A DNA stretch of 64,000 nucleotides from Candidatus Latescibacterota bacterium. GTDB lineage: Bacteria; Latescibacterota; UBA2968; UBA8231. Below the pieces are notes generated by a model. That model saw only the letters and a list, made by a program, of their open reading frames with translations, was not told the DNA's origin and did not search any database. Shown piece after piece: positions 1-8,172 of the stretch (the stretch's first letter is position 1; each line of letters begins with the position of its first letter). Position numbers and translations under genes: made by a program. Where the stretch lies: the NCBI GenBank assembly GCA_965206595.1, contig OZ242214.1, forward strand, positions 320,001 through 384,000. The letters are read 5' to 3'.

Positions 1-1043
1 TCGCCGTCGAACATCTGGTCCGGGGCGTTGTCGAATTCGGGCACCGAGGAGATGCTTCCGCCGCGGGCAACGAGGTCGCGGGCGAGGTCCTCGCCGGCCT
101 GCCAGACCTCTATATCGGCGACCCTTGGGCGCTCCCGCCGATAGTACCGCACCGGTCCCCGCCGATGCTCCGGCAGCCGCTCGTAGTTCTCCTCGAGGAC
201 CGGCAGCTCGCGGCCATCGTTGAGAATCTTGATGAAATCGACGGCCCCGGCATCCTCCGGGGACTCGCGCAGCAGGCGCTCGTGCTCGGCCGCGGATATC
301 CCGGAACCGCGGTCGAGCCGCGAGCCGCGGGCGACGATCTGGATGAAGCGCACCACCATCTCGCGGGTCTCGTCGGGGACTTCCGAGAAATCGATCTCGA
401 ACCTGCGGAGGGAGGTGTTGGGCTCGGTCACCTGCAGCGCCGGGAGATAGTCGAGGCTCTGCCCGGCGATGGCGGATATCGGCTTCAGGCCGTCCGAGGT
501 GAGGACCTCGAACAGGTAGAAGGGATCCCCCATCCCCTCGCCGACGAAGGAGACGACGATCCTGTCGGCGACGACGACGCGGCCCAGATCGACGGAGAAC
601 CACCAGGTCGCGTCGACGGCCGAATTCGCCGGAGGGGGTTCGGGTTCCCAGAAAGTCTTCGGGTCGCCGTCGAGCACGTTGAGCACGCCCTCGCGGTTGG
701 TGCCGGCAGCGATGGCGTCGAGCAGCTCGATCTCCTCCGGAGCTTTGCCGGCGAGGTGTTCCGGGGGGTGCGCCCGCAGGAACTCCAGAATGTTGTGGAG
801 GGCGTTCGTGTTCAGCCTCCAGCGGCGCGGCTTCACCCCGCCCTCCGGGGTAATCGTCAACGACCCCTTGGGGAGGTGCCATTCCTGCCAGTGCCGCTGC
901 GAATCGGTGGCGATCTGACGGGCGCCGCGGTCGATCCGGTAGCCGCTTTGGGCGCCCGCACCCAAGTCCTGCAGGAGTGCGAGGGCGGCGAAGACCGGGG
1001 CCGTCAGCCAAACCCCCGGTGCATTCTTTTTCAGTAGAGCCAT
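1..1043 (-). CDS. Secreted protein with discoidin-like domain, probably the same family as the FlgD-tailed proteins; runs off the window start
   Basis: Absent from the ORF track; hand translation from ATG 1043 gives MALLKKNAPGVWLTAPVFAALALL...NVLDGDPKTFWEP...WWFSVDLGRVVVADRIVVSF...LFEVLTSDG, with a signal peptide and DGDxxT/DLG motifs like those in 10236..12512 and 39340..41328. Confidence 0.75.
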   Translation of the reverse strand, partial: MALLKKNAPGVWLTAPVFAALALLQDLGAGAQSGYRIDRGARQIATDSQRHWQEWHLPKGSLTITPEGGVKPRRWRLNTNALHNILEFLRAHPPEHLAGKAPEEIELLDAIAAGTNREGVLNVLDGDPKTFWEPEPPPANSAVDATWWFSVDLGRVVVADRIVVSFVGEGMGDPFYLFEVLTSDGLKPISAIAGQSLDYLPALQVTEPNTSLRRFEIDFSEVPDETREMVVRFIQIVARGSRLDRGSGISAAEHERLLRESPEDAGAVDFIKILNDGRELPVLEENYERLPEHRRGPVRYYRRERPRVADIEVWQAGEDLARDLVARGGSISSVPEFDNAPDQMFDG

Positions 1044-1057
1044 CGGCGTCGCGCCGC

Positions 1058-3982
1058 CTACCTGAGGGCGGCGAACATCGTCACAAAGACGAGACCGGCG
1101 GTTCCGCTCTCGTTGTCGCGTCCGGCGATCTCGAAGGAACGGCGGTCGACGCGGATGCCGGCCTGCGTCGTCAGGGCGTATCCCAGGTAGTCCCGGGTAT
1201 TGGTCAGCTGCGCGGCCAGGGCGGTCCCGTGGAAGTCGCCCGTCCTCTGCCCGTTCGCGACCTCCCCTTCCCCGGCGCGTGTATCGTAGAACAGCCTCTG
1301 CTCCCAACCGAGCCGGATGCGGCTCGAGCGCAGCAGCGGAACTTCGATCTGAAGGGACAGCATGCCGTCCCACGACCGCCGTTTCCGCAGGTCCCTGCTG
1401 AAGGGCGTCGCGCGCTGCAGCTCGCTCTTGACGCGGGGGGCGATCGCCACCTGCCGCCAGAAGCAGAGGTACTCCGCCTTGTTGATGATGCCGAAGAAGC
1501 CGGAGCGGGCGCGCCCGTTGCGGCCTTCGACGCCGAGGGGATCGAAGACGTCGAGGGTGTCGCCGGAGGAATCGAGGGTCGCGACGGCCCCGGTCCCCTG
1601 CTGGCGCCAGATCTCCCACTTCACCCGGTGCAGGGTCGACCACCTTCGCGCCGAGTCGAACCCCCAGTCGGCGTAGGCGGCGTTGATCCAGGTGTCCGCG
1701 GCGGCGAGCAGGTCCGGCACCGCCTGCAGCCTGCCCGGGGAGCTGGCCGGACCGCCTTCGGAAGCCTCGGGAACGATCCATTGCACCAGGTCGTCGGCGA
1801 TCGCGTCCTCCGCCTTCTTCAGCATGTCGAAGAACCGCATCCTTCCCAGCCCCGGGTGGTGCCTTTCAAAGGTGATCATCCCGTAGTCGGTGTGGTTCCG
1901 GCGCTCGGACTCCCGCATCCCCTGGCGCAGCCGGCCGAGCCTCATCTTGGCGCCGGGAGCGATCTCGACGGTGCCGAAGAGATTGTACCCCCAGTGGTCC
2001 CTCCTGTACGGCAGGTCGGGCTCCTCGTCGTTCTCGAAGCGTTCCGGCCATCCATTGTTGTTGAGGTCGATGCCGAACAGGAACTGCGGGCGGTCGGACC
2101 GGAAGCGCACGAAGGGCTCGTCGTAGTCGGGGAAGAAGTTGGGACGCTCCGGGTTGTTGTTCTGGTTGAAGTCCGATATGAAGTCGCCGTTCTCGTCGTA
2201 CCCGGGAAACACCTCGGGGTCGGCGACCCCGCGCTCGACGACGTTCCTGATCTGGGTGGCGCGCTGCGGCACCAGCGACCCCTGCAGGAAGCGCAGCTGA
2301 TCGGGGTGGCGGTCGTTGTCGTCGTTGTCGTCGACGAAGTCGTAAAGCAGGCGGGTGTTCTCCGGCGAGAAGTCCGGAAGTCCCGAACGGTCCATCGGCA
2401 GCACGGAGGTGGTGTAGCCGTCGTCCATGCCGAACCCTTCGCCGAAGAGAGACAACGGTCCCTTTCTCCAGGACGCGTTGACCATGAAACCGAGCGCCCC
2501 GCTCTCACCGGCGATGCCGGAGAAGGCCCTGCGGGCGTTGCGGTCCGGCGTCGGGTATTTCAGGTACAGCGTGTTGACGTTGAGCTCGCCGTAGAGGTCG
2601 ATGCCGAGGAAATCCCTCAGTTCCGCGGTGAGGCCGTAGGTCTGCAGCGCCGTCGGCAGCCCGTAGCTGAACACGACCTCGCGCTGGTTGACCAGATCCT
2701 TCGTGTTCCCGTCCGCCCTGGTGACGAGGCGGAACTGCGGCACGCCGTCGAGGTTCGTCTGGTGGTCGGACGACATTTCTATGCGGTAGTCGTTGGCCAG
2801 CACCAAGCGAAAGCGAACCTCCTCGATGTTGGCCACCACCTCTTCCGCCTGGAACCGGTCGAGCAACAGGGGGCGCTCGAGCAGGGAGGCCAGGGTACGC
2901 AGCTGGTCCTCGTCCGCAAGCTCCGGCGACGGCCCGAGATAGTAGCGCATGACGATCTTGCCGGAGCCGTCCGCGGTGCGCAGTCCCTGGCGCAGAAGGC
3001 CCCCCTGGATCAGCGGCCGGAAGCCGATGCTCGAGCCGGTGATGAGGGTGTCCTTCATGACGGTGATCGCGGTGTCGCCGGAGACCACCTCCCTGGGAAC
3101 CCTGGTTCGAATCTCGACGTCGTGGGCGATCAGGACGGCGCCTCCCTCGTTGTCCTCGGGGGAGTCGTCGCTCAGCTGCACGACGATGAGGTTGGGCCGC
3201 CGGGAGGTCTGCTCCAGCGTCAGGAAGCCCTTCAGGGGATTGCCGTCGAAGCTGTCCCTGCTGCCCTGGCTGTTGTGGCTGTTGACCAGGGTGAAACCCA
3301 TGGTCAGGCGGTCGCCGATGTCCGCTTCGACGCGGCCGGCGCCGAGGTTGGTCATCTGGTCGAACTTCGAGGTGCCCGAGAGCACGGGGTCGCTCAGGCG
3401 CGAGAAGATCCCGGTGGCGCGGAGGCGGCCGGTGGAGAAGCTGGTGACCACCCCGTTGAATCCCGCCTTGCGGAAGGTCATCGGCGTCAGGGTGGTCGCG
3501 ATCTCGTCGCCGACCATCAGAGACAGGGCGAAGTCTCCTTTCTGGTCCGACGAGACGATCAGGCGGCCGAAGAAGTCGATGAAGCGCCCCGTCTGCTTGA
3601 TCGACGAGCTCTCCGAGATGCGCGGCTGACTCTGCCGCCAGTCGTAGACGAGGTAGCCGCGGGTGACGTAGTCGCCGTAGAAGTCGTAGAAGTCGTCCCC
3701 GTCCTGGGCCGGGCTCCCGTATCGGTAGTAGCGCTGCCTGGCGTAGTTCGTCCACTCCCACTGGCGGCGTCCGTACTCCTGGAAGAAGATCTGCGGCATG
3801 TACCAGCGGTGCACCGTGGGATCGAGGGTGTTGGTGTATATCGGCACACCCGTCGGGCGGTAGGAGAACCCCCCCTTCGCGGGGGTGCCCAGCCGGAACC
3901 CGTAATCCTCCCGGGCCGAGGCCAGGCTCGCGAGCCCGCCGGCGACCAGAATTGCGCCTGCCAACGCAACGCGAAGCTTCAT
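1058..3982 (-). CDS. Large secreted, putative outer-membrane protein, paralog 1 (~974 aa)
   Basis: True start MKLRVALAGAILV at 3982 overlaps the upstream stop (ATGA); signal peptide; motifs RWYMPQ, FYDFYGDY, DDNDDND, FPGYDENGDFISDFNQN, DLNNNGW; amphipathic-strand C-terminus (VFVTMFAALR). Confidence 0.8.
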   Translation of the reverse strand: MKLRVALAGAILVAGGLASLASAREDYGFRLGTPAKGGFSYRPTGVPIYTNTLDPTVHRWYMPQIFFQEYGRRQWEWTNYARQRYYRYGSPAQDGDDFYDFYGDYVTRGYLVYDWRQSQPRISESSSIKQTGRFIDFFGRLIVSSDQKGDFALSLMVGDEIATTLTPMTFRKAGFNGVVTSFSTGRLRATGIFSRLSDPVLSGTSKFDQMTNLGAGRVEADIGDRLTMGFTLVNSHNSQGSRDSFDGNPLKGFLTLEQTSRRPNLIVVQLSDDSPEDNEGGAVLIAHDVEIRTRVPREVVSGDTAITVMKDTLITGSSIGFRPLIQGGLLRQGLRTADGSGKIVMRYYLGPSPELADEDQLRTLASLLERPLLLDRFQAEEVVANIEEVRFRLVLANDYRIEMSSDHQTNLDGVPQFRLVTRADGNTKDLVNQREVVFSYGLPTALQTYGLTAELRDFLGIDLYGELNVNTLYLKYPTPDRNARRAFSGIAGESGALGFMVNASWRKGPLSLFGEGFGMDDGYTTSVLPMDRSGLPDFSPENTRLLYDFVDDNDDNDRHPDQLRFLQGSLVPQRATQIRNVVERGVADPEVFPGYDENGDFISDFNQNNNPERPNFFPDYDEPFVRFRSDRPQFLFGIDLNNNGWPERFENDEEPDLPYRRDHWGYNLFGTVEIAPGAKMRLGRLRQGMRESERRNHTDYGMITFERHHPGLGRMRFFDMLKKAEDAIADDLVQWIVPEASEGGPASSPGRLQAVPDLLAAADTWINAAYADWGFDSARRWSTLHRVKWEIWRQQGTGAVATLDSSGDTLDVFDPLGVEGRNGRARSGFFGIINKAEYLCFWRQVAIAPRVKSELQRATPFSRDLRKRRSWDGMLSLQIEVPLLRSSRIRLGWEQRLFYDTRAGEGEVANGQRTGDFHGTALAAQLTNTRDYLGYALTTQAGIRVDRRSFEIAGRDNESGTAGLVFVTMFAALR

Positions 3983-6798
3983 CTCAGTCCCGCGTATACC
4001 GTAATGAACGTTGTCACCTCGGTGCCGACGTCTTCCCCCTTCCGCAGCGGTCCGGCAGCGGACGGCTCGACGACCTCCCTGTAGGTGCGGTCGAGGAGAA
4101 AGCCGATCTGGGTGATCAGCCGGAACCCGAGGTAGCGGGAAGTGTTGCCGAATTGAAGACCGAATATCAGGGAGCGGGAGTCTCCGGTTTTCCCCTCGAC
4201 GCCGCGAGCGAGCAGCTCCCCCTCGTCGCGGGCAAGTTCCCGTTCGAGTGCGTACTCGATTCCCGTGGTCACCGAGCTGTGGCGCAGCGCCGGGAAGCGG
4301 GCGACGATCCCGGCGATCCCCGTCCATTCCCGGCGGTCCTCGGCGTTCCGCAGGAAGGCCTCCGATGACAGGAACTCGCTCTTGAATCTCGGGGTCAGGT
4401 CGATGGCGCGGAGGCGGCGATGGTACTCGAGCTTGTTGATCATCCCCAACAGCCCGCTCGTTTCCTGCAGCGCGTCGCCGTCGATGGATACGGCGTTCTC
4501 GTCGCGCTGGCGGTAGAATTCCCACTTGATCTTGTTGACCGCCCGGAAGGCCTCGAGGGCGGTGTAGTCGAGGCCGAGCCAGGCGGTGTTGATCCAGGTG
4601 TCCTGGGCCGGCAGCAGATCGTCGACAACGGGACGCTGCGCGGTTCTCGTGAAGCCGATGGCGCGCCGGTCGTCGGGGATGGAGTCCGAGGTCCGCTTGA
4701 GGGACTCGAAGAAGCGGACGCGGCCGAAACCGGGGTAGTCCCCGTCGAAGGTGAACAAGCCGTAGGTGGTGGTATTGTCGCGGTCCTGCGAGAGCATGCG
4801 CTCGTCGTTGCGGCCCAGCAGCAGCCGGGATCCCTGCATGAGGTCGGCTCCGGCAAATGCGTTGTATCCCCGCCGGTCCGCCTTGTACGGATAGTCGGGC
4901 AGGTCGTCGTCCTCGAAGCGGTCGATCCAGCCGTTGTTGTTGATGTCGATGCCGAACAGGAACTCCGGCCTGTCGACGTCGTGCCTGAGAAACGGTTCTT
5001 CGTAGTCGGGAACCTCGTTGGGAACGGAGACCGTGTTGTTCTGATTGAAGTCGGAGATGAAGTCGCCGTTCTCGTCCCACCCGGGAAACACCCCGTCGTT
5101 GTCTATCCGGGACTCGCCGCTGCGCACCCATTCCGGGCGCAGGTCCTGGTCGTCGTTGTCGTCGACGAATTCGTAGATGTACACCGCGGGTTCGTCGTAG
5201 GTGATGGAGCCGCGCCTGTCGACCACGAACGCCGAGGTCGAGTAGTCGTGGCTGATCGAGTAGGCCTCCCCGTAGAGGAACCAGGGATTCCCCCCACGGC
5301 TCAGGGTGGCGTACCCGGCATCGGCGCTGCGCGAGCTGATCTCGTGACCTTCGTTCTCCCGGAAGAGAACGGCGTTCGGATACTGGGAGTAGCGCACGTT
5401 GCGGTCCCACTCTCCGTACAGGTCGAATCCGAAGATGTCCGTGCCCTCGACGGTGAAGCCCCCGACGAGGTTCGCCGTGGGCAGGCCGTACTCGAAGTCG
5501 ACGCGCTGCATGTTGGAGAGATCGTCGACGTTGCCGACGGCGCGCCGGACCGGAAGCAGGAACGGGTCTTCCTCGGCCAGGACCTGGGGTGTGACCGGCG
5601 TCGGCAGGATCGCCGACGTCTGCAGGGAGGAAGCCTGACTGCCGCTGCCCCGGACGAGGTGTCGGTCCGACCAGACGTCGATGGTGTAATCGTTGGCGAT
5701 CACGTAATCGAACTCGACGTTGACAATGCTCGATACGTCCCCTTCGGGGAGCTGAAATGCGACGTTGGAGAAGTCGTAGTTGAGGACGATGCGCTCCTCG
5801 CCGTCTGCCACCAGCGCCCCCTGCCGGGGGAAGCCGCCGAAGATCCGCGGCCACTCCAACCCTTCGCGGACTACCTCGTCCTGCGCGTAGACGGTCTCCT
5901 CCCCGGTCTCGAAGTTGCGCACCGTGATACGGCAGTCGTGTCCGAACAGCGCCGCCCCTCCCCTGCCGTCGCCGGGAGAGTCGTCCCCGAGGACGACGAC
6001 GATGATGCCGGCAGGATGGCTGCTCTGGCCGCGGGCGAGGTTGCCGGCCATGAAGTGCCCCTCGGTAATGCCCAGCTCGGTGTTGGAGTGGCGGGCGTCG
6101 ACGAGGGTGGCGCCGACTTCGATCCGGTCGCTCACCTGGAAGGTCGCGCGGCCGCCGATGAGGCCGGTCGTGTGGGTGTTGCGCACCGCCTGCACGAACG
6201 CCTGCTGTGGGGTGCTGATACGGGAGGCGAGAAAGGTGGCGGCGAAGCGGTCGGCGGCGACGTCGAGCTGCACGCCGTTGAACCTCGGCTTGGAGAAGGT
6301 CAGCGGGGTAAGGGTGGTGCGCAGTTGGTTGCCGACGGTCACCGCATAGCTGTACTGTCCCCTGGAGTCGGCGCTGACCACGGCGCCGCTGAACCAGCCG
6401 TTGAACTTGTCGTCCTTGAACAGGGAACTGCCGAAATCCCCGGGCTGTTCCTGGCGCCAGTCGTAGATCAGCCAGCCGCGGCTGACGTAGTCCCCGAAGA
6501 AGTCGTAGAAGTAGTCCCCCTCCAGGGCGGTGCTGACGTAGCGCTGGTAGTGGTAGCGGGAGTAGTTCGAGAAATCGCGGTGCTGCCAGCGGTACTCGTT
6601 GTAGAGCTCCTGGGGGACGTACCAGCGCTGGACCACCGGGTCGAGGGCTCCGTACGTCAGACCGCTGCCGATCGGCTCGAAAGAGGGCCTGCCGCCGCGC
6701 TGGACGTCGAGCCTGGATCTGCCGGAAATGCCCTCGACAGGAATAAGAGACTGAATGACGAGGGCAGCGGCCGGAAGGAGGGGAAGGAGCCGTCTCAT
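3979..6798 (-). CDS. Large secreted, putative outer-membrane protein, paralog 2 (939 aa)
   Basis: Signal peptide; same motif series as 1058..3982 and 12521..15298; ends FITVYAGLR. Confidence 0.85.
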   Translation of the reverse strand: MRRLLPLLPAAALVIQSLIPVEGISGRSRLDVQRGGRPSFEPIGSGLTYGALDPVVQRWYVPQELYNEYRWQHRDFSNYSRYHYQRYVSTALEGDYFYDFFGDYVSRGWLIYDWRQEQPGDFGSSLFKDDKFNGWFSGAVVSADSRGQYSYAVTVGNQLRTTLTPLTFSKPRFNGVQLDVAADRFAATFLASRISTPQQAFVQAVRNTHTTGLIGGRATFQVSDRIEVGATLVDARHSNTELGITEGHFMAGNLARGQSSHPAGIIVVVLGDDSPGDGRGGAALFGHDCRITVRNFETGEETVYAQDEVVREGLEWPRIFGGFPRQGALVADGEERIVLNYDFSNVAFQLPEGDVSSIVNVEFDYVIANDYTIDVWSDRHLVRGSGSQASSLQTSAILPTPVTPQVLAEEDPFLLPVRRAVGNVDDLSNMQRVDFEYGLPTANLVGGFTVEGTDIFGFDLYGEWDRNVRYSQYPNAVLFRENEGHEISSRSADAGYATLSRGGNPWFLYGEAYSISHDYSTSAFVVDRRGSITYDEPAVYIYEFVDDNDDQDLRPEWVRSGESRIDNDGVFPGWDENGDFISDFNQNNTVSVPNEVPDYEEPFLRHDVDRPEFLFGIDINNNGWIDRFEDDDLPDYPYKADRRGYNAFAGADLMQGSRLLLGRNDERMLSQDRDNTTTYGLFTFDGDYPGFGRVRFFESLKRTSDSIPDDRRAIGFTRTAQRPVVDDLLPAQDTWINTAWLGLDYTALEAFRAVNKIKWEFYRQRDENAVSIDGDALQETSGLLGMINKLEYHRRLRAIDLTPRFKSEFLSSEAFLRNAEDRREWTGIAGIVARFPALRHSSVTTGIEYALERELARDEGELLARGVEGKTGDSRSLIFGLQFGNTSRYLGFRLITQIGFLLDRTYREVVEPSAAGPLRKGEDVGTEVTTFITVYAGLR

Positions 6799-6812
6799 CG
6801 CGCGTAATCTAC

Positions 6813-6882
6813 TGAAGGAAAACCGGTGAAGGAAATCCGGTGAAGGAAATCCGGTGAAGGAAATCCGGTGAAGCTAATCCGG
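6813..6882. repeat. 14-bp tandem repeat x5 (TGAAGGAAATCCGG)
   Basis: Units at 6813, 6827, 6841, 6855, 6869; middle three identical, first has 1 mismatch, last has 2; no spacers. Confidence 0.95.
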
Positions 6883-6928
6883 GCTATCAATCGGGAAATC
6901 CGGGCGATCCATCGTTGCGACGTCGGGC

Positions 6929-6966
6929 CGTTAGAATGGCGTAACTGCGTTAGAATGGCGTAACTG
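6929..6966. repeat. Exact 19-bp tandem duplication (CGTTAGAATGGCGTAACTG x2)
   Basis: Copies at 6929-6947 and 6948-6966. Confidence 0.95.
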
Positions 6967-7187
6967 GCTGTTTAATAATGTGATAGGGAAATTGACCCGC
7001 TGTTTGCCAAGGCCCGACCCAGAGAGAGGAACAAAAGTGCGGATGAAGGAGAGGGGAAACCGACTGCCCGCTTTCGAAAAATAGCTTGCTACAAGGTTTT
7101 GCCTTGCGTACCCTTACGCCTGTTTCAGACTATATAGCCTGTCAATGGGCCCTACAAGCCCTTCCAAATCAAATAAGGAGATGAGCC

Positions 7188-8108
7188 GTGAAGAGACTTG
7201 CAGCATGCTTGGCGATAACAGGTCTGATCTTCACCGCTGTGGATCGGACCGAAGCACACCAGCCCGAAGGGGTGTTGTACTTCCTGTGGCAGTGGCCCCC
7301 GGGTCAGCCGGTTCTGGATGCGGACCTCTCCGAATGGGACGTACTGCCCGAGGAGTACTGGTTCAGCAACGACGACTACGAAACCAAGATCTTCCAGAGC
7401 GAAGGCCAGGCCGGCCGCGTCACCACCGGCATGGATCCCGCGAAGATGGACATGCGCTACGCGATCAGCGCCCATGTGGAGGAAGACCGCTTCTACTTCG
7501 CCTACGAGCGCTTCGACAACGCCTGGACGGCGTGGGCCGACATCGAGCCGAAGATCGACGCCGATCACTCCGCCGGTTCCTTCTGGTTCGAAGAGGGCCA
7601 GTCGGAGGAGGAGCAGAAGCGGGCCAAGTCTCGCGGCGCCCAGCCGTACCACCTGTTCTTCTCCGGAGGCCAGCAGCCCGGCGGGGACTGGGCCTGGATG
7701 TGGCAGACCCAGGCTGACTGGTACGAGGATCCGCGCTTCTCCGACGCCGCCTACGTGTACACGGGCGAGCCGCTTTCCGAGCAGGAGTACACGATCACCG
7801 CCGAGTTCTACCTCTCGGGCATCAACGACTTCAAATGGGACGATCCCGACTACAGCTTCAACAACATTCACGACATCGAGGAGGGTCAGATCGCCGGTAT
7901 CGCCGTCGAGATCTACGACACCGATCCCGGCTGTGAATCGGCCACGGAGGGCGCCGAGTGCGCCGCTCGCTGGTCGCTGGCGACCTTCAACGAGACCTTC
8001 GGGAATGCCGACTTCTTCACCGATTTCCTGGTGATGCCACTCGACCCGGATACTGCGGTCGAGGAGGACAGCTGGGGCGCCATCAAGGCCTCGATGTCGG
8101 CGAAGTAA
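7188..8108 (+). CDS. Secreted CBM9/DOMON-like protein with C-terminal SWGxIK motif
   Basis: AAGGAG RBS before GTG; signal peptide; LDADLSEW, IDADHSAG; ends TAVEEDSWGAIKASMSAK. Confidence 0.8.
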   Translation: MKRLAACLAITGLIFTAVDRTEAHQPEGVLYFLWQWPPGQPVLDADLSEWDVLPEEYWFSNDDYETKIFQSEGQAGRVTTGMDPAKMDMRYAISAHVEEDRFYFAYERFDNAWTAWADIEPKIDADHSAGSFWFEEGQSEEEQKRAKSRGAQPYHLFFSGGQQPGGDWAWMWQTQADWYEDPRFSDAAYVYTGEPLSEQEYTITAEFYLSGINDFKWDDPDYSFNNIHDIEEGQIAGIAVEIYDTDPGCESATEGAECAARWSLATFNETFGNADFFTDFLVMPLDPDTAVEEDSWGAIKASMSAK

Positions 8109-8133
8109 AGCACTTCTGCATCATCAGCGTTCG

Positions 8134-8168
8134 ACAGGGGTGGGTCCTCCGGGACTCACCCCTGTTTT
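8134..8168 (+). terminator. Intrinsic terminator-like hairpin
   Basis: ACAGGGGTGGGTCC-TCCG-GGACTCACCCCTGT (14-bp stem with one G-U pair) followed by a short T run, 25 nt after the stop at 8108. Confidence 0.7.
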
Positions 8169-8172
8169 GCGT

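Noticed and set aside
977-4084. Long antisense or off-frame ORFs (also 4420..6807, 13468..16638, 15101..17656, 44694..48239, 57658..59730)
   Set aside because: Typical high-GC shadow ORFs overlapping genes with clear motifs; no recognisable domains
3983-5854. N-terminal 620 aa of the 1598-aa ORF
   Set aside because: Arg/Pro-rich off-frame shadow of 3979..6798; the real start is the ATGA-coupled ATG at 3982
6813-6882. CRISPR array
   Set aside because: Units are 14 bp, head-to-tail, with no spacers and no cas genes in the window
7100-7140. Sigma70 promoter for the 7188 gene
   Set aside because: AT-rich and plausible, but the -35/-10 match and spacing are too weak to call
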